Both the position numbers and the translations under genes were made by a program. A DNA stretch of 64,000 nt, from the NCBI GenBank assembly GCA_964304625.1, contig OZ199838.1, positions 15,678,581-15,742,580 on the forward strand. The letters run 5' to 3'. Positions within the stretch are counted from its first letter, which is position 1; every line of letters begins with the position of its first letter. The notes under the pieces are model-generated. The model searched no databases. It was not told the origin of the DNA and saw only the letters and a program-made list of their open reading frames with translations. This DNA is from Kudoa neothunni (Eukaryota > Animalia > Cnidaria). Of the stretch, positions 23,359 to 36,537 are shown piece by piece.

Positions 23359-26069
23359 ATTCTTATAAATTTTCTGATAATTTCAGAGCTATGTGTTAAT
23401 AATTGGAAGAATTGTGTTTTTGTTTGTCTGCGTTAATCCTCCTTTTATTATTTGATGATCGATACAGTAACAAGTAGCGCTTGGTTATTTAGAAATAGTA
23501 TCGAACATTCAAAATATACGAATTAACCATAGATATAAATCGCGATATAAGAGTAAAATAATACATCGACAAATATAATTATCGATAACTCGAAGAAAAC
23601 GTGTAGATTATTAAATAATAGGAAAAATTAGGGACTAAGCGTGACTCTAAATCAGTCACCATATTGAACACAATTGAACAAAATTTAATACATTTGTATC
23701 AATAAAATCAAAAATATTCGCAGATTTTATTTCAAGTGATTAAGATTTTATCGCAAAACTCATAAAAAAATTCAAACTACTCGATATAAGAGTGAATGAA
23801 TTGATTGAACTTTCGAGAATGAGAACTATAAAGCTGCTCAGAGAGTACAATATAATAGGAAAATAAATTAGCCAATGGAGTAAAAAACGACAATCCTATA
23901 ACTGTCGGTCGAGGATAGTTCCATGAGTTTGCTTCGAGAGTTAATCTTAAAATGAACAAATTAAATAGAAAATCTAAAAGAAATAAACAAATTATTACAG
24001 ATCAATCACACTGAAATGTTAGAACACATTACAAAGTTAACTTTTTCTTCTTGTAAAATAAAATAAACTTCGTTTAAACCAAGAGAAATAGCAAATTTCT
24101 TGTTGAAAAAATAATTCTGTCTTAAACTACCTAATTTATTTTAAAAACAACTCGATGAATAATCAACAAATTATTACGAAAATTTTTTATACTCTCTATT
24201 AAAGTTGTTATTATTATTATTATTATTGCAAACAGAGAATGAATTAAAAGATCAGAAAAAGTGATCACGCATCCAGCAAATTTTCACTTATGCGCGCGTG
24301 CGTGTGCTCATGCGCTAAATAAGCATGGATATTGAGTAGTGCGGGGCTATTACGCACTCGATTCTTGGTTCCAATAAATTGCGTAATATCCCAACACAAC
24401 TGTAATCGCTTAATCTATTTACTATAGTGTTTTTAAATGATTTAGTCAAATGAAAATAATTAGATATTTTATGTTAATTGGATGACTGTATTATCTGTAA
24501 TTATTATAGACAGAGGTTGTTTAAACGATAAATAATATTCAGATGTTAATAGTCTGAAATAAAAAAATGATGTTGTGCGCGCGTGCTATTTAGGATTAAA
24601 TTTTACGGTGATAATAGCCCTTACTTTTAAAAAATATAATCATTCTTTGTAATTTTAACACTACTCGTTGCTCTTATATACCCGCATGCGCGCACATTGT
24701 GGCCTAATACTAATAGCGCCATGCCAAGATGAACACTGTAAATATATCATGTTTATGTTAAACTATCGCATCTAATATGCAATAAAAATATGTAAAAACG
24801 CGCAATATTTTGTAATCTTAAAAAAATTCTTCATGGAAAAACGTAATCTGGTCGAAACTTGCTAAATAAATTTTTGTATATACATTCGTTTTTTTGGTTT
24901 TGCGTAGTAAATTGGACCCGCGAAGTTACCGAGCCATATGGAGAAATTTCATATCGATTTTTTTACTCATAAACAATTTTACATATATTTAGTAACAATA
25001 TTAAAATTATTACTCAGCGATATCTAAATTTGTAAATGTTTATAAAATTCAAGAGATAATGGTAACTACGCAATATCGAGGTACGACTGTAGTCATCTAG
25101 ATATGTATTAATTTATTTCCATCTGATTTCTAAAAAAATCGCTAATTTTTTAAGCTAATAATATTTTCTATTATATAGATTCTGTTAAAAAATTAAAAAT
25201 TTGTATTATTTAAGATAATAAATATTGGCATAGTTTGACTAAAATGTAATTTACTGTAGTACAAACAACGAACGTAGTCATAGAAAACATTATTTTCAAG
25301 AGGAAAAAAGTTTTATAATTTTTAATTCCATATGATTATATATTTCAATATAAAATTCGTTTGTACCAAAGATAAAAAATTTTGAATAACCAAGCGAAGG
25401 TGAGATTTCGCGCTAATTACCCATATACTAAGCCATAGTGAATTCTCGTACACGCACATATATTTTCCACGCATCAAATTGTTAAGCTCTGATTTATTCA
25501 AAAATAAATATTTAATATGTATTTTAATCGATTTATTCCGATATAGAAAATTAATGAATAACTTCTAATTGATTCAATGAAATATCCGTAATTAGTATCC
25601 ACGCCATTTTATTAATGGGGAACGTAGTTCTAGTAATTAACTAATCATATACAATGAGTTATAGGTGATTTTAAGTTAAATATTTAATTAACGTATTCAT
25701 CCAATCAAGATTAAGTTATTCTCAAATATAAAAACCTATTGATAAAAAATTTCATTTATTAATTCCGTTATAATTAGCTAACTCGAAGAACATAAGAATC
25801 AATTATCGTGTTTGAATAGAATTCAATAGAATAAAGCCTAACAAAATTGTAAATAATAAGTAACGCTCATCTAATTATACCAAGTCAATTATGCGTATTA
25901 CTGACTATGGAAAAACACCGCTAACAATTGAAACACACAAATTATAAACAATAAGCAATTATATAGTTATGAGAATAGATTAAAAATAAGTGAAACCAAC
26001 AACTGAACAAACAACAAACTGAACTTACATAAGAGAGAAAATATAGGTGAAGCCATATCGTTATTGCCC

Positions 26070-27623
26070 TCAGAGAACAAGAGCCGATATAGGTTTGTAT
26101 TGAGAAAGAATTAGCCCATTGAGATGGGAAGCAGCATTAATCATATCAACTTTGTATTTCATTTCAACGGTGCTGAAGCAAACCTGCTCCTCGAGGAAAA
26201 CTTTGACATCCTTGATGGGTCCGAATTTGGTGCACAACTTGTAAACCGAGAGCTCGGTGTAATCGAAAGGAAGATTGATAAGAATTAGCAGATTAGTGTT
26301 TGGAGTGGGATTGGGAAAAGTATCTTGATTGAAGGCTGTTAATGGGGAGAGATGAGTGTTAAATTTGAGACTTCGTTCATTGGCGCAATGATTGCAATTG
26401 AAGGAGTTACAATAGTTCGTTTGGCCACGTCCAGCTGCAACACCGCCACAAAATGCTTTGGTTAGTTCGTCGGTTTCTGTGTGAACGCAAGTGGGATTAA
26501 TTATCTCAGCTGAATGTAGATTTGAACGACTATTGTTGTGATTTGAATTCACAAGACGTTGTGGATGACTATACATAGAGGCTATCTAAATAGTACCACC
26601 AATTAAACAAGTTAGTTCACATGAGCTAGCCCAATGCAACTATAAATAACTAATGATTATCTACAGTAGAAGGAATGCTGCTATAATTGCTTGTGATTTG
26701 AGATAGAATGTTATTGTGACACGCAAGTGATTCGGGAAGAATGTAGGGGGTTTGTGTTAGTCGATAATCCATATAATCTGGTGGGTTTGGTGTTCTTGCG
26801 AACTTGACAGTAATAGGACCAGTAGCGTCTAAATAACATTTATATGGCGTAAAAGAGATTCTTCCTCCCCCTATAATAACAAAATCTACCTGGGAAAACA
26901 TGTCTCGAAGGAATTTTTCCATGAATCGCTTGCATAGCACGATGTGCCTCATGATTGGTATCGAAACGAACAAACCCAAAATGATAATCGGCGGTTTTTT
27001 GTAAAGGTTTAATAACACGACAACTTATAATTTCACCATAATCTTGAAAGAGTAGCTTGAGTTGGTCTTCTGTACAATTAGCAGGTAGACCACCCACATA
27101 GAGATTGGCATCTTTTATTTCCGGTCTACTAGGTCGTGCCACACTGACTTTGATTTTTTTATTCTCTATACTCAATCCATTAAGTTCTTCAATGGCTTTA
27201 CTAGAACCACATACAAAAATATATTCAACACCCCAACAAAGAATACTTGGCTGATTCCACATTGTGATACTTGACAAAAGCATAGCCCAAACTTTGTTTG
27301 AGATCTTTATTGCGAATAAGTTTACAACTTTCCACATCACCGTACATTGAAAACAGTTTATGGATGTCCATTTCGACCATGTTTTGTGGTAGATAATTGA
27401 CGATTAGATTTCTCCCACTGTACGACTTGACAGACGCTGCTGTGGAACCGGAATTGTTATGATATTGTTCGTTGGTAATATTTTTGTAGTCAGTTTCACA
27501 TCCGGTATCGTTTGAAGCTTTTGATCTATCGGGTGAAGTCACGGAACAATGAGTATTTGATAACGAAGTGGACTTTATGTTGCAAAAAGTTTCAATCGGC
27601 TGTTGTGTGAGTGACATATCCAT
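26070..27623 (-). CDS. ELAVL: ELAV/Hu family RNA-binding protein (3 RRMs), 4 exons
   Basis: NLIVNYLPQNM, CKLIRNK...SLGYAFVKY, KKIKVSVARP, IKDANLYV.GLP, FGFVRFD, PITVKFA, hinge, divergent RRM3. Confidence 0.92.
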
Positions 27624-29349
27624 GTGTGTAATACAGTTAATATCTAAGTGCAAGAGGTTGTTATTAAGGAAAGGTTATACACCCAAGGTAATATACTTTA
27701 AGTACAGAGTTTTGAAATAAAATACAACTAATTGGCGCAAGCTTGATAATTTATTAAATAGGCTCGCATCAATTATCTTAATTGGCGTGATTGTTCGAAT
27801 AAATGCGTTAGTTAACTAAAAAATAGTGATTTGTTTGAGTAATTGTTTAATATTTGTATAGTTGAAATAAAGCGCCATAAGTTTACACTTACTAGCAATT
27901 ACAAAGCTGATTGGCTGTCTTTATACGAAAACAAACAATTAGGATCCTATTATTTGGTAAACAAAAGCTTAATTGCCCAAAGAACCAAAGAAATATATTG
28001 TGTGAATATGATAGGCGCCAACATAAAAATCACCAAGGTAGTTGTAAAAATAATTTACGACTTTCAAAAAAACATTGTTTAAAATTTAATCCAATAATAA
28101 CTAAAACAGTTTAATTTCTATATGAGTGGAAAATAAATAGAAAATTGAATGGAGCGTCCTTTGAAACAAGTAACAATAGAAACACGCACCTAGGTAAATC
28201 GACAATAAAATTTGAAGCTCTAGTGCTAACCAGGTTGAACGCTTGTTACGGATCTAAGTTTTGAATTGAAGTTAGCTACTCACCGAAACCGGAAGTAGAA
28301 ATAAACCTCAAAAACCCCTCTCATAGCTGTTACGTGTTATCAAGAAAAATTCCACTTGAAAAGGTAATCTTTGTGTTATTTTTTGGTGTGTATATCGTTT
28401 GATTTAAAAATATAATGCATTTTGATATTTTCTCGTGAGTATATACACATTTAAACCCACTTTAATACGAAGGCATGTTGTATTGTATTATTTGGTTATT
28501 AAGAATGCTAGGTTGTAGGTAAAATGGTAACTAGTAGTAATGTGCTGTTGGTATACATTGACATTCATGGGTGATGGAGGGTAAACTGTGACAAATGCGG
28601 AGAATACCTTAACAATTTAGAGCTTATGATCAACTATGTAAACACGTTATAAAAAATAATAGTCACACTCCTATCTCGTCTATTCCAAAGGTGGACGCAA
28701 CTAAACACACCAATGGTAAATACCGCCGACATAACACACATACTACGTTACTAATAGTGATTGCCGCTACCAGTTTATTTATTTTGAGTCACAAAGATTT
28801 CAGTGTTGTCCGAAGCTGGAAGTAATATTAATTTTGGCGTTGATTCGAGCATTTCGTTATGGCAAAACAGTATTATCTTTCATTTACTGATAGAATGCTT
28901 TGCTGTCTACTAATACACTGTTTCACAAAGCATCCCATTTAGTATGTTAGATAAACTGTGTGTGTGTGTATCATTGAGAATTTAAAGATAACACCGAGAA
29001 CACACACATATACACGTTATTAATACTACTTTATAAGATTAAACTAAGTTATCTTTAATTGGGCATATCAATTTTTTACGGTTGAATAATATTGTGTTTG
29101 TATTGTTTCAATGTGTATTAATTTTAATGACTTGCTTAAATTTTCCAAAAATCTAAACCCTTAAGTTATCATTTTCATTGTGTTGTTAATTTTTGTTAAT
29201 TATTGACTTTGCCTTATGTAATTGTCCAATATTGCCAATGGTTTATTGATTCTAATAGACGAAACAAGATTTAAACTCTCATAGAAACAAAAGTGCTTTA
29301 TTGTGTAGTATCATTTTAAATTTTGACACTAACTTCCTACACTACTATA

Positions 29350-32300
29350 ATGGATAACAACAATAATCTTAATACCAATGATATCACAAACAATAAAGTC
29401 AATATCGAATGTAACAATACAACAAAAATACTCATAGTAAAACTTTGTGAAAAATTATCCTTAGTGAATCAATCAGCGATGATTGATGACAGTGCTGCTG
29501 CTGCTGCCGCCGCCGCCGCCGCTATGGCCAATGCTGTACAGCCACTTAATAGTTATTGCAAGTAAATGATTAAAACATTTCTATAGAGATGAAATTTATT
29601 ATTAATTGTTGCTGCCGTTCCCAATTTAATATAACAACTTCTAACACATTATCAATTAACTAATTAAAAAATTATTGTGCATCCTCTGTTAAACAATTAA
29701 ATGTCTATTAGTATTCATAATAGCTTTATTAATTTTAAATTTTTTAGTATGGTGAACGTTCAAGGAGATCCACCAAATAACAGCGATTTCTTCAGTTACT
29801 ACTTCAACACACATCCTACCGGAGTTGCCAACAATTCGAACAATCAACCAACCAACAATAATCCACAAACAGCATCAACCATTCTACAACAACAGCAGCA
29901 GCAACAACCAGTCTACCTAGATGATCAGTCAGCCTCACTTCATGAACTACAACATGTATCAAACAATATCCAAGCAATGCATCCAAATCTCCCTCAACAA
30001 ATCCACAACTCTCGATATATTTATATGGATCCTACAAATGATCGTCAACAACAACCACATCAAATGTCAGCCCATAATTTAGCTGCTGTTAATGGTAGCA
30101 AAGTGGACCATCCTTCGTTCATTCAATCACAATACGGTGGTGTCGTACCCAACAACACTAACAACCCAAACGTCTATGATTCATCAAGGGCAAATTCAAG
30201 GGACAGCCAACTACGTATGGGGGCTTACTTGGATCAACAAGGCGCATACCTTCCCAATTCTGGTGTACAACAATCCACATCTCCCACAAACATCCTAGGT
30301 AACAATGGCTCTCATGGTAACAACTCAATGATGCAAAATTTTTCTGGATACGTAGTCGCCTATCCTAATGCTCAGAGTGTACAAATCGGTCAAGTTCCCG
30401 GCGTGTATTCGAAAGCATCACCAGCTACTGTAACAACTCCCTCGCCTATTTAATTAACTTCCTAAATGGTAAACTTGACGATACTGTATACTGTAGGTTT
30501 TGTGGCTGTTGGAAAACTATGAATCGGCTGAAGGTGTCAGTCTTCCTAGGTGCTTGCTCTACGCCCACTACATCTATCATTGCAAACAGAGTGACGCCAA
30601 TCCGGTCAATTCGGCTAGCTTTGGTAAACTCATTCGATCATTGTTTCCAAATTTAAAGACAAGACGTCTTGGCACTAGGTAATATTGCTTTGGTATTTAT
30701 TTGTGTACAAAGTGACATATCACAGGGGCAAGTCCAAATATCATTATTATGGTATCAGAATCAGAGACAATTCTGTGTTGCACAGTTTTGGAAGAAGTGA
30801 AGATGAAGTGATTGATTTCCTTACAGTGTAAATTATTTTTGAGCAATCAAGTGATTCATAGACTTGAATTATTGTGTAGTGAGAATGAACCATTCCTCAG
30901 AAAAATACTTCCTCAACATCCTTCGCTGCTTAAGTCTATGAGCCAAAGTGGTAGCGACCTCTCCATCAACTCGGACCTATCAATAACAACACATAGCACC
31001 ATGTGTAACACTCTCCACTCTAACGACAGTTCAGCTGGCCATACACCACCAGGCTCCAGAGCCAATCAGTCGATTGGTTTAGATGGAAGACGTCGTCCTT
31101 CAGGCCAACTAGATGATGATGAGTCTGTCATTAGTATTTCATTAAGATGTGGCCTAGATAACTCAGCTCAAGATCGTGACAGCAACTCCATTAATAGTAG
31201 CGTTGGTGAACCTGATTCCGCAAACCTACCAGTGGCTTCCTGCTATTTCAACATCGACAAATTCTACAAATACTTCCCCGAAGAAGCAAGGTCTTCCAAT
31301 TCCACCCTGGCTTACACACAAGACTATCCAACACTCAAATCATACGAAATCGATATCGATCCTTTGGGCGAACAAGAATATGACGACTTTGAGTTGTTCA
31401 CTCCTGATGATGACCAACCTGGAACCTCTCTTAAAACCAACCCCGTTTGCCGTCTGAAACATTTCCTTAAATACTTGGCATCAAGATTATTGCCACTAGT
31501 TCCTCCACTTGACACCGCTGTTTTCCTACAGCAAAGTGCTGACAATCTAAAACGCCTCCTCGATCTGTTCGACAATGACTCTAATACTGAAGAAGAATCC
31601 CAAGCAATTCTTTCCATCTTCCTCTGCGATGATATCATCGAACTCAACAAAGATCTCGATCTTTTAGTGTATCAATTTCTTGTTCATCGTTTGTTCCCCA
31701 AGATATTCACTTATTACCCAAGTAGATATCTCTAATTTTCTCTCATCACACTTCTTTCCCCGTTCTAGGTCATTACATTTGCTGTGTCAGAGCGTTCGCT
31801 AGGAGACTGGAAGAGATCGTACTCGAAAATTGTCATAGACTGCCAGAAAAGTTCAAGCTGTCAAAAGTACATTAGTTTTTGTCAGCTACTTATTCAGTTA
31901 ACATCATATTCACCTATTTTGTACACGAAAAAGAGAATAAACAATTGATTAATGAGATCTAATTATTATAATTATCCATTAAATATGTTGATAAGATTAA
32001 GCAACCAGTTAGGACTAATTTTACATAAACAAGTCCTGCATAAACGACTTGTTTTCGTACGTTAATCTGCAAAAATCTAATTTTTGTTTGTAATTAGATT
32101 CAAAATGTCAAAGCTTTCGGCTGTATAATTCGTCATTACACCTGTCTTTCCCATATCTATACTGGGGCCGCTAATTGTATTCAAAGCGATAAACAATTAA
32201 AACTCTCCGTGGAAGTTACAAGACTTGATGTGGAAGAGCTTATCCAACTAAATGATGTGGCATTCCCGGGGTGCACCAATAAAAGCCTGTACACTGACGC

Positions 32301-32888
32301 CGTGAACCGACTGGTTGCATTGTTAAATACTCCAATGAATGATAGGTCATCGAGTATCGTTAATATGCAATCATCTGTTGGTAGCGATTTAACTAATGAC
32401 GATCTCGACATTTCTCCATGCAAGGAGTTGAAACCATCCACAGACAACCACAACAACACAGAAAATAGTGCATTGGCTCCAACTTTCAAACTCCTTAAAG
32501 GAAAACGAGTGATGGATTTAATGATTTGGTTGAAAAATATCAAAAATGAGTTTCTCGAACAGCTCCATAAACAAGGTTTTGAAGAACCGACAAACGTAGA
32601 AGAATATGCCAAGATTTTTCAAAAGTTCGCTTCCCTATGGAATCATACTATGGTTTTTGTGGTGAGAGAGATGACGTTGCACGGTTCAACCGTGTTTGGA
32701 TTGATTCACATATTCCATTTACTCTTCTTCGAATTCATACCACACATGCTCCAACAAGATCTATTCGAACTGTTTGATGTTCTTCCAATATCTTACTATA
32801 TCCGAGTAGGAAAATTTATTGCTGATTTTTGAATTAATATAAAAATTAGCAGGGAGCTCAAAACAAGCATAAAACTGAAGACTCTTAA
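29350..32888 (+). CDS. RFX: RFX winged-helix transcription factor (RFX1/2/3-like), ~8 coding exons
   Basis: [26 protein letters not shown]...[32 protein letters not shown]; dimerisation-region motif VVREMTLHG...FG.IH. Q/N-rich and poly-Ala N-terminus. Probable 5'UTR intron 28364-29259. Confidence 0.95.
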
Positions 32889-33299
32889 TCTATCATACTA
32901 ACATAGTCTGCATGGGTTGGGATTTTGCGTCTAGAATTTACGTTAGTTACATTAATTCTTTTTTTATAGAACTAATTAATAGATTTGTGTACGACGATTA
33001 ACTATAATACTGTTTTTTTATGCTGGCGAATTATTTAAAGAACTAGTAATTAGTTATACAATAAAAATAACAATAGGTTTTAATTTCATATTGCATCGTG
33101 TGGGAAAATTTAACATTTAATCATAAACATAATTAATTCTAATTATATAAATTGCGAGTATAATTAGGTAATTGAAATTAAATTAATTATTAATATAATG
33201 GGTAGTCAATTGTAAAAATTACTAATTTTTATGTAATCGAGATTGATGGTTCCAAATTTGTTAGAAGATATTTTTTTAATTATAAAAATAATCAGCTAA

Positions 33300-33788
33300 C
33301 GAAGAATCGTCTTTTTTAAATTTCGAGGTGACAAAATAACCTTTTAATCTAATAATAGTTATCTTGGTAACGATTCGAATAAGTACGATATTGTTCAAAA
33401 CAATAATAAGTGATTAATTCTTAAAATTAAGGCTATGATTTAAATAAATATTGTTATTTAAAATAGGGAGTGGCTATTGGCACGCAAAATAATATTTCAG
33501 TGTTACTAGTATTGACTATTTTGAATTACTTCCGACTCCCAAGAACGAATAAATGGCCAAAAATAATTTAATTTAACAAGATCTTACATATTAAATCTGT
33601 ATACAGCTTGTGAATAGGAGTTGATGAGATTAAAAATTGCCATTGCACAAGCGTTGATGCCTTTCAGGATACGAATTTACCCCGGAAGTAGCCTCTGCTA
33701 TAGCTAAACCAGTATAAAACCATAAATCAAATGTGAATTTGGCTTCCAAGTTAACGGGGTAAATTTTAAAAATTGTTGAGGTCCCCTG
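33300..33788 (-). mobile_element. hAT MITE family C copy (left boundary approximate)
   Basis: 33690-33788 matches the reverse complement of 40883-40985 (TAGCCTCTGCTATAGCT..CAGTATAAAACC..TTCCAAGTTAA); ends CCCCTG. Confidence 0.7.
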
Positions 33789-36537
33789 TTCTACTGGATT
33801 CGTAATCGTTTTTAAATCCTGACTATTGTGATAGAAAAATTTTGTATTTTAAACAAAAATATCATAAGAATTGAATAATTAATTTACAATATAATCAAGA
33901 TACATACACTTTACTTTTTTGGGTTCAAACTCACCAACAGACTTTTTGTAAAGGAAGTATCATTATTTGAACATATATTAAAATATTTTATTTAACTTCA
34001 GTGAGTATAAAATACGTATAAATTTAGGACTTAGACGAATTAAAATACAATAAATATTGTATGTAAATAAACTAACACACGAGAAAGTATATTTGAAAAA
34101 TGAGCAATTTATAGTAAGAATTTAATTGATAAAATTACTAAAATTAGATACATAGGATACAATCTACAAATATTCGATCTCATATCGGAATTAGGTAATC
34201 TGATTGTTTAAGGAATAAAAATATTGTTATTTAGACAATTGGTAAATCCCCCAAATTTCGTAAGAGGATTATAATTTGGAAAAAATCTTATCAAAAATTA
34301 TTTTGAATTTATATGAGACAAAATTTATAGGTTACATTTGTTTTGAACAATTTTGAATACTAAGAATATTAGAAAAACTAGTGAAAGAAAAATGTAGAAA
34401 TATATTTCATTGGAAATAAAAATATCTATGGAAAGCATCAAAAATATGGAAATACAATGACAAACGGTTGGTTTTTATGAAACAAATAAATATTGAAACT
34501 TAATGCGTGAATATTATTGGGAATTTTTAATAATCAGTCTCGTCAAATATTATTCTTAGCTGAGTAATAAATTTAAGAACCATCAACCTTAAAATGATAA
34601 TTCGCTTTGATAGTAGGAAGAAATCGCCCCCTTTTTCGATGCGAGACAAAAAATGAGAAGAGTTTCTTCAATATTTTATATCAAATATTTGAGGTGTAGT
34701 TAAAAATTTGTCTTTTTAAGGGATTCCTAAATAAATCCCAGAAAATTTGGACAAGTAAATATATTTAGAAAACATGAGATTAATTCCATAAGAAAAAAAG
34801 AAAATGTAAAGTCGGTTTTCTGACATTTGGAGGGTTAATTAGATCTTAGGATACATTGGCGTAAGGATTTTCGTGAATCTCTCTTAGAATTTATTGTGGA
34901 ATGAATGAATGAATAAATAAATAAAATGATAACATATATTACGTTCAGTATAATAGTTCATCTTTAAGTAAGTTAATAATTTGGATACGATAAACTTGAT
35001 TTAAATTAAAATCAGCCATTTTAATATTTAATACATTTATCAATTAGCAATGTGAAGAATTGATATCAGATTGATATAAGATGATAAATAAATGAGTATT
35101 TATTAATAAAAGTTACCATAAAATAGATCGTTGAACCAACCAAACAAAAATACTCCAGTAAACGGAATAAGAGGCCAATCATAAGCAAAAATTCGTTGGT
35201 ACGACGTATCATATCAAAATGGATTCAAGCTAGATACGTGTTATTTGTTAAATATGAGCTAAACCTAATAAAATTAATGATACCTTAGTTTCCAGGAATT
35301 GGTTTGGGCAGATAAATAGTTTGTTTAAGTCGTCAATATCGATATGTAGAGGAATACGAATGCAAATTGAAATCATCTCTATAGTCCTAATTTTAAAGCC
35401 TCATCAGAACAATAAAATGTGATATATTGTCCACAAATAACCAAAGAAACATAAAATCATATTTAAGTTAGGAAAATATACATATTAGAGTAGCATTGTA
35501 CACTAATTTAGCGTTTAAATAAGGAGTATTTTTCTACGGTTGATAAAAAACAAACAAACCACACATCATTCTGTTATCCCCAATGTATTGGTATATTGTT
35601 GGTTGATTTTAGGTGTCATGATAGGTTGCACATTTTCTAAGGCTACCTGGGTGACTGCTACTGGGAAATGGACTACAGTCATGGTAATACGCATTGAGAT
35701 ATGAAATACACGGAAATCATAGAGACGCGTTGTCACCAATATTGTTATTCAGTGATAACATTAGTATCAGATATTCCGTAGAGAGTTGTTGTGAAGCAAA
35801 ACTAATCCATAATAATTCAAGTAATATTTATTTGTGGAAATGTTATTTTAGCGTTTAAATTTTCTTAGATTTAAATGATATGAATCGTTTTTTCAAAATT
35901 TAGTTAGAGGAAAAATTACGAAAATTAAAATAATATATTAATCATTTTATTTTTTCTTAATTTAAATAAATGCAAAAGTATCTCAAATGGGTATTATAAT
36001 GCGTAAATTATTTAGTTAACGTCAAGAAAAAATTGCTTAGATTGACATTCTGCTCGAATATTTCAAGTAAATACCAAAAAATCATTCTTTACGAATCTCG
36101 TTCGTCCCTATATATATATATATATTTATATATAATTTCTAATTAAAATATTAGAAAAATTAATTTTCTACAAATTCCTACTTAATTTTAATGTCGCATG
36201 CGTTAAATTATAATTAGTAATTTATGAAAATCGACACCACAGCTTATTTTGTGCTTAATCATGCATAAAAGATTAACGTCTATATTGTTTCATTTTTAGT
36301 AACTTCAATCCAAGTATTCAATGTAACGACAATTCATCGTCCATTTATAATTATCAGGATTATTATTCCACAGAGTTTACCTTTATTTAAACTTAATTCC
36401 GCTAATCTCATTAATTATCACAAATATTTTGAAATTTGAAGACAAATTAAGACATCAACGCCTCTCACAATACAAAAATTTCAATTACCCTAATCCACCT
36501 AGGATTATAATAAGTGCGCGCCGTGCTGTTATGTAGT

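Noticed and set aside
34200-35900. Possible coding relics between RFX and SMC3
   Set aside because: Trp-containing fragments hint at an old transposase, but no motif could be supported.
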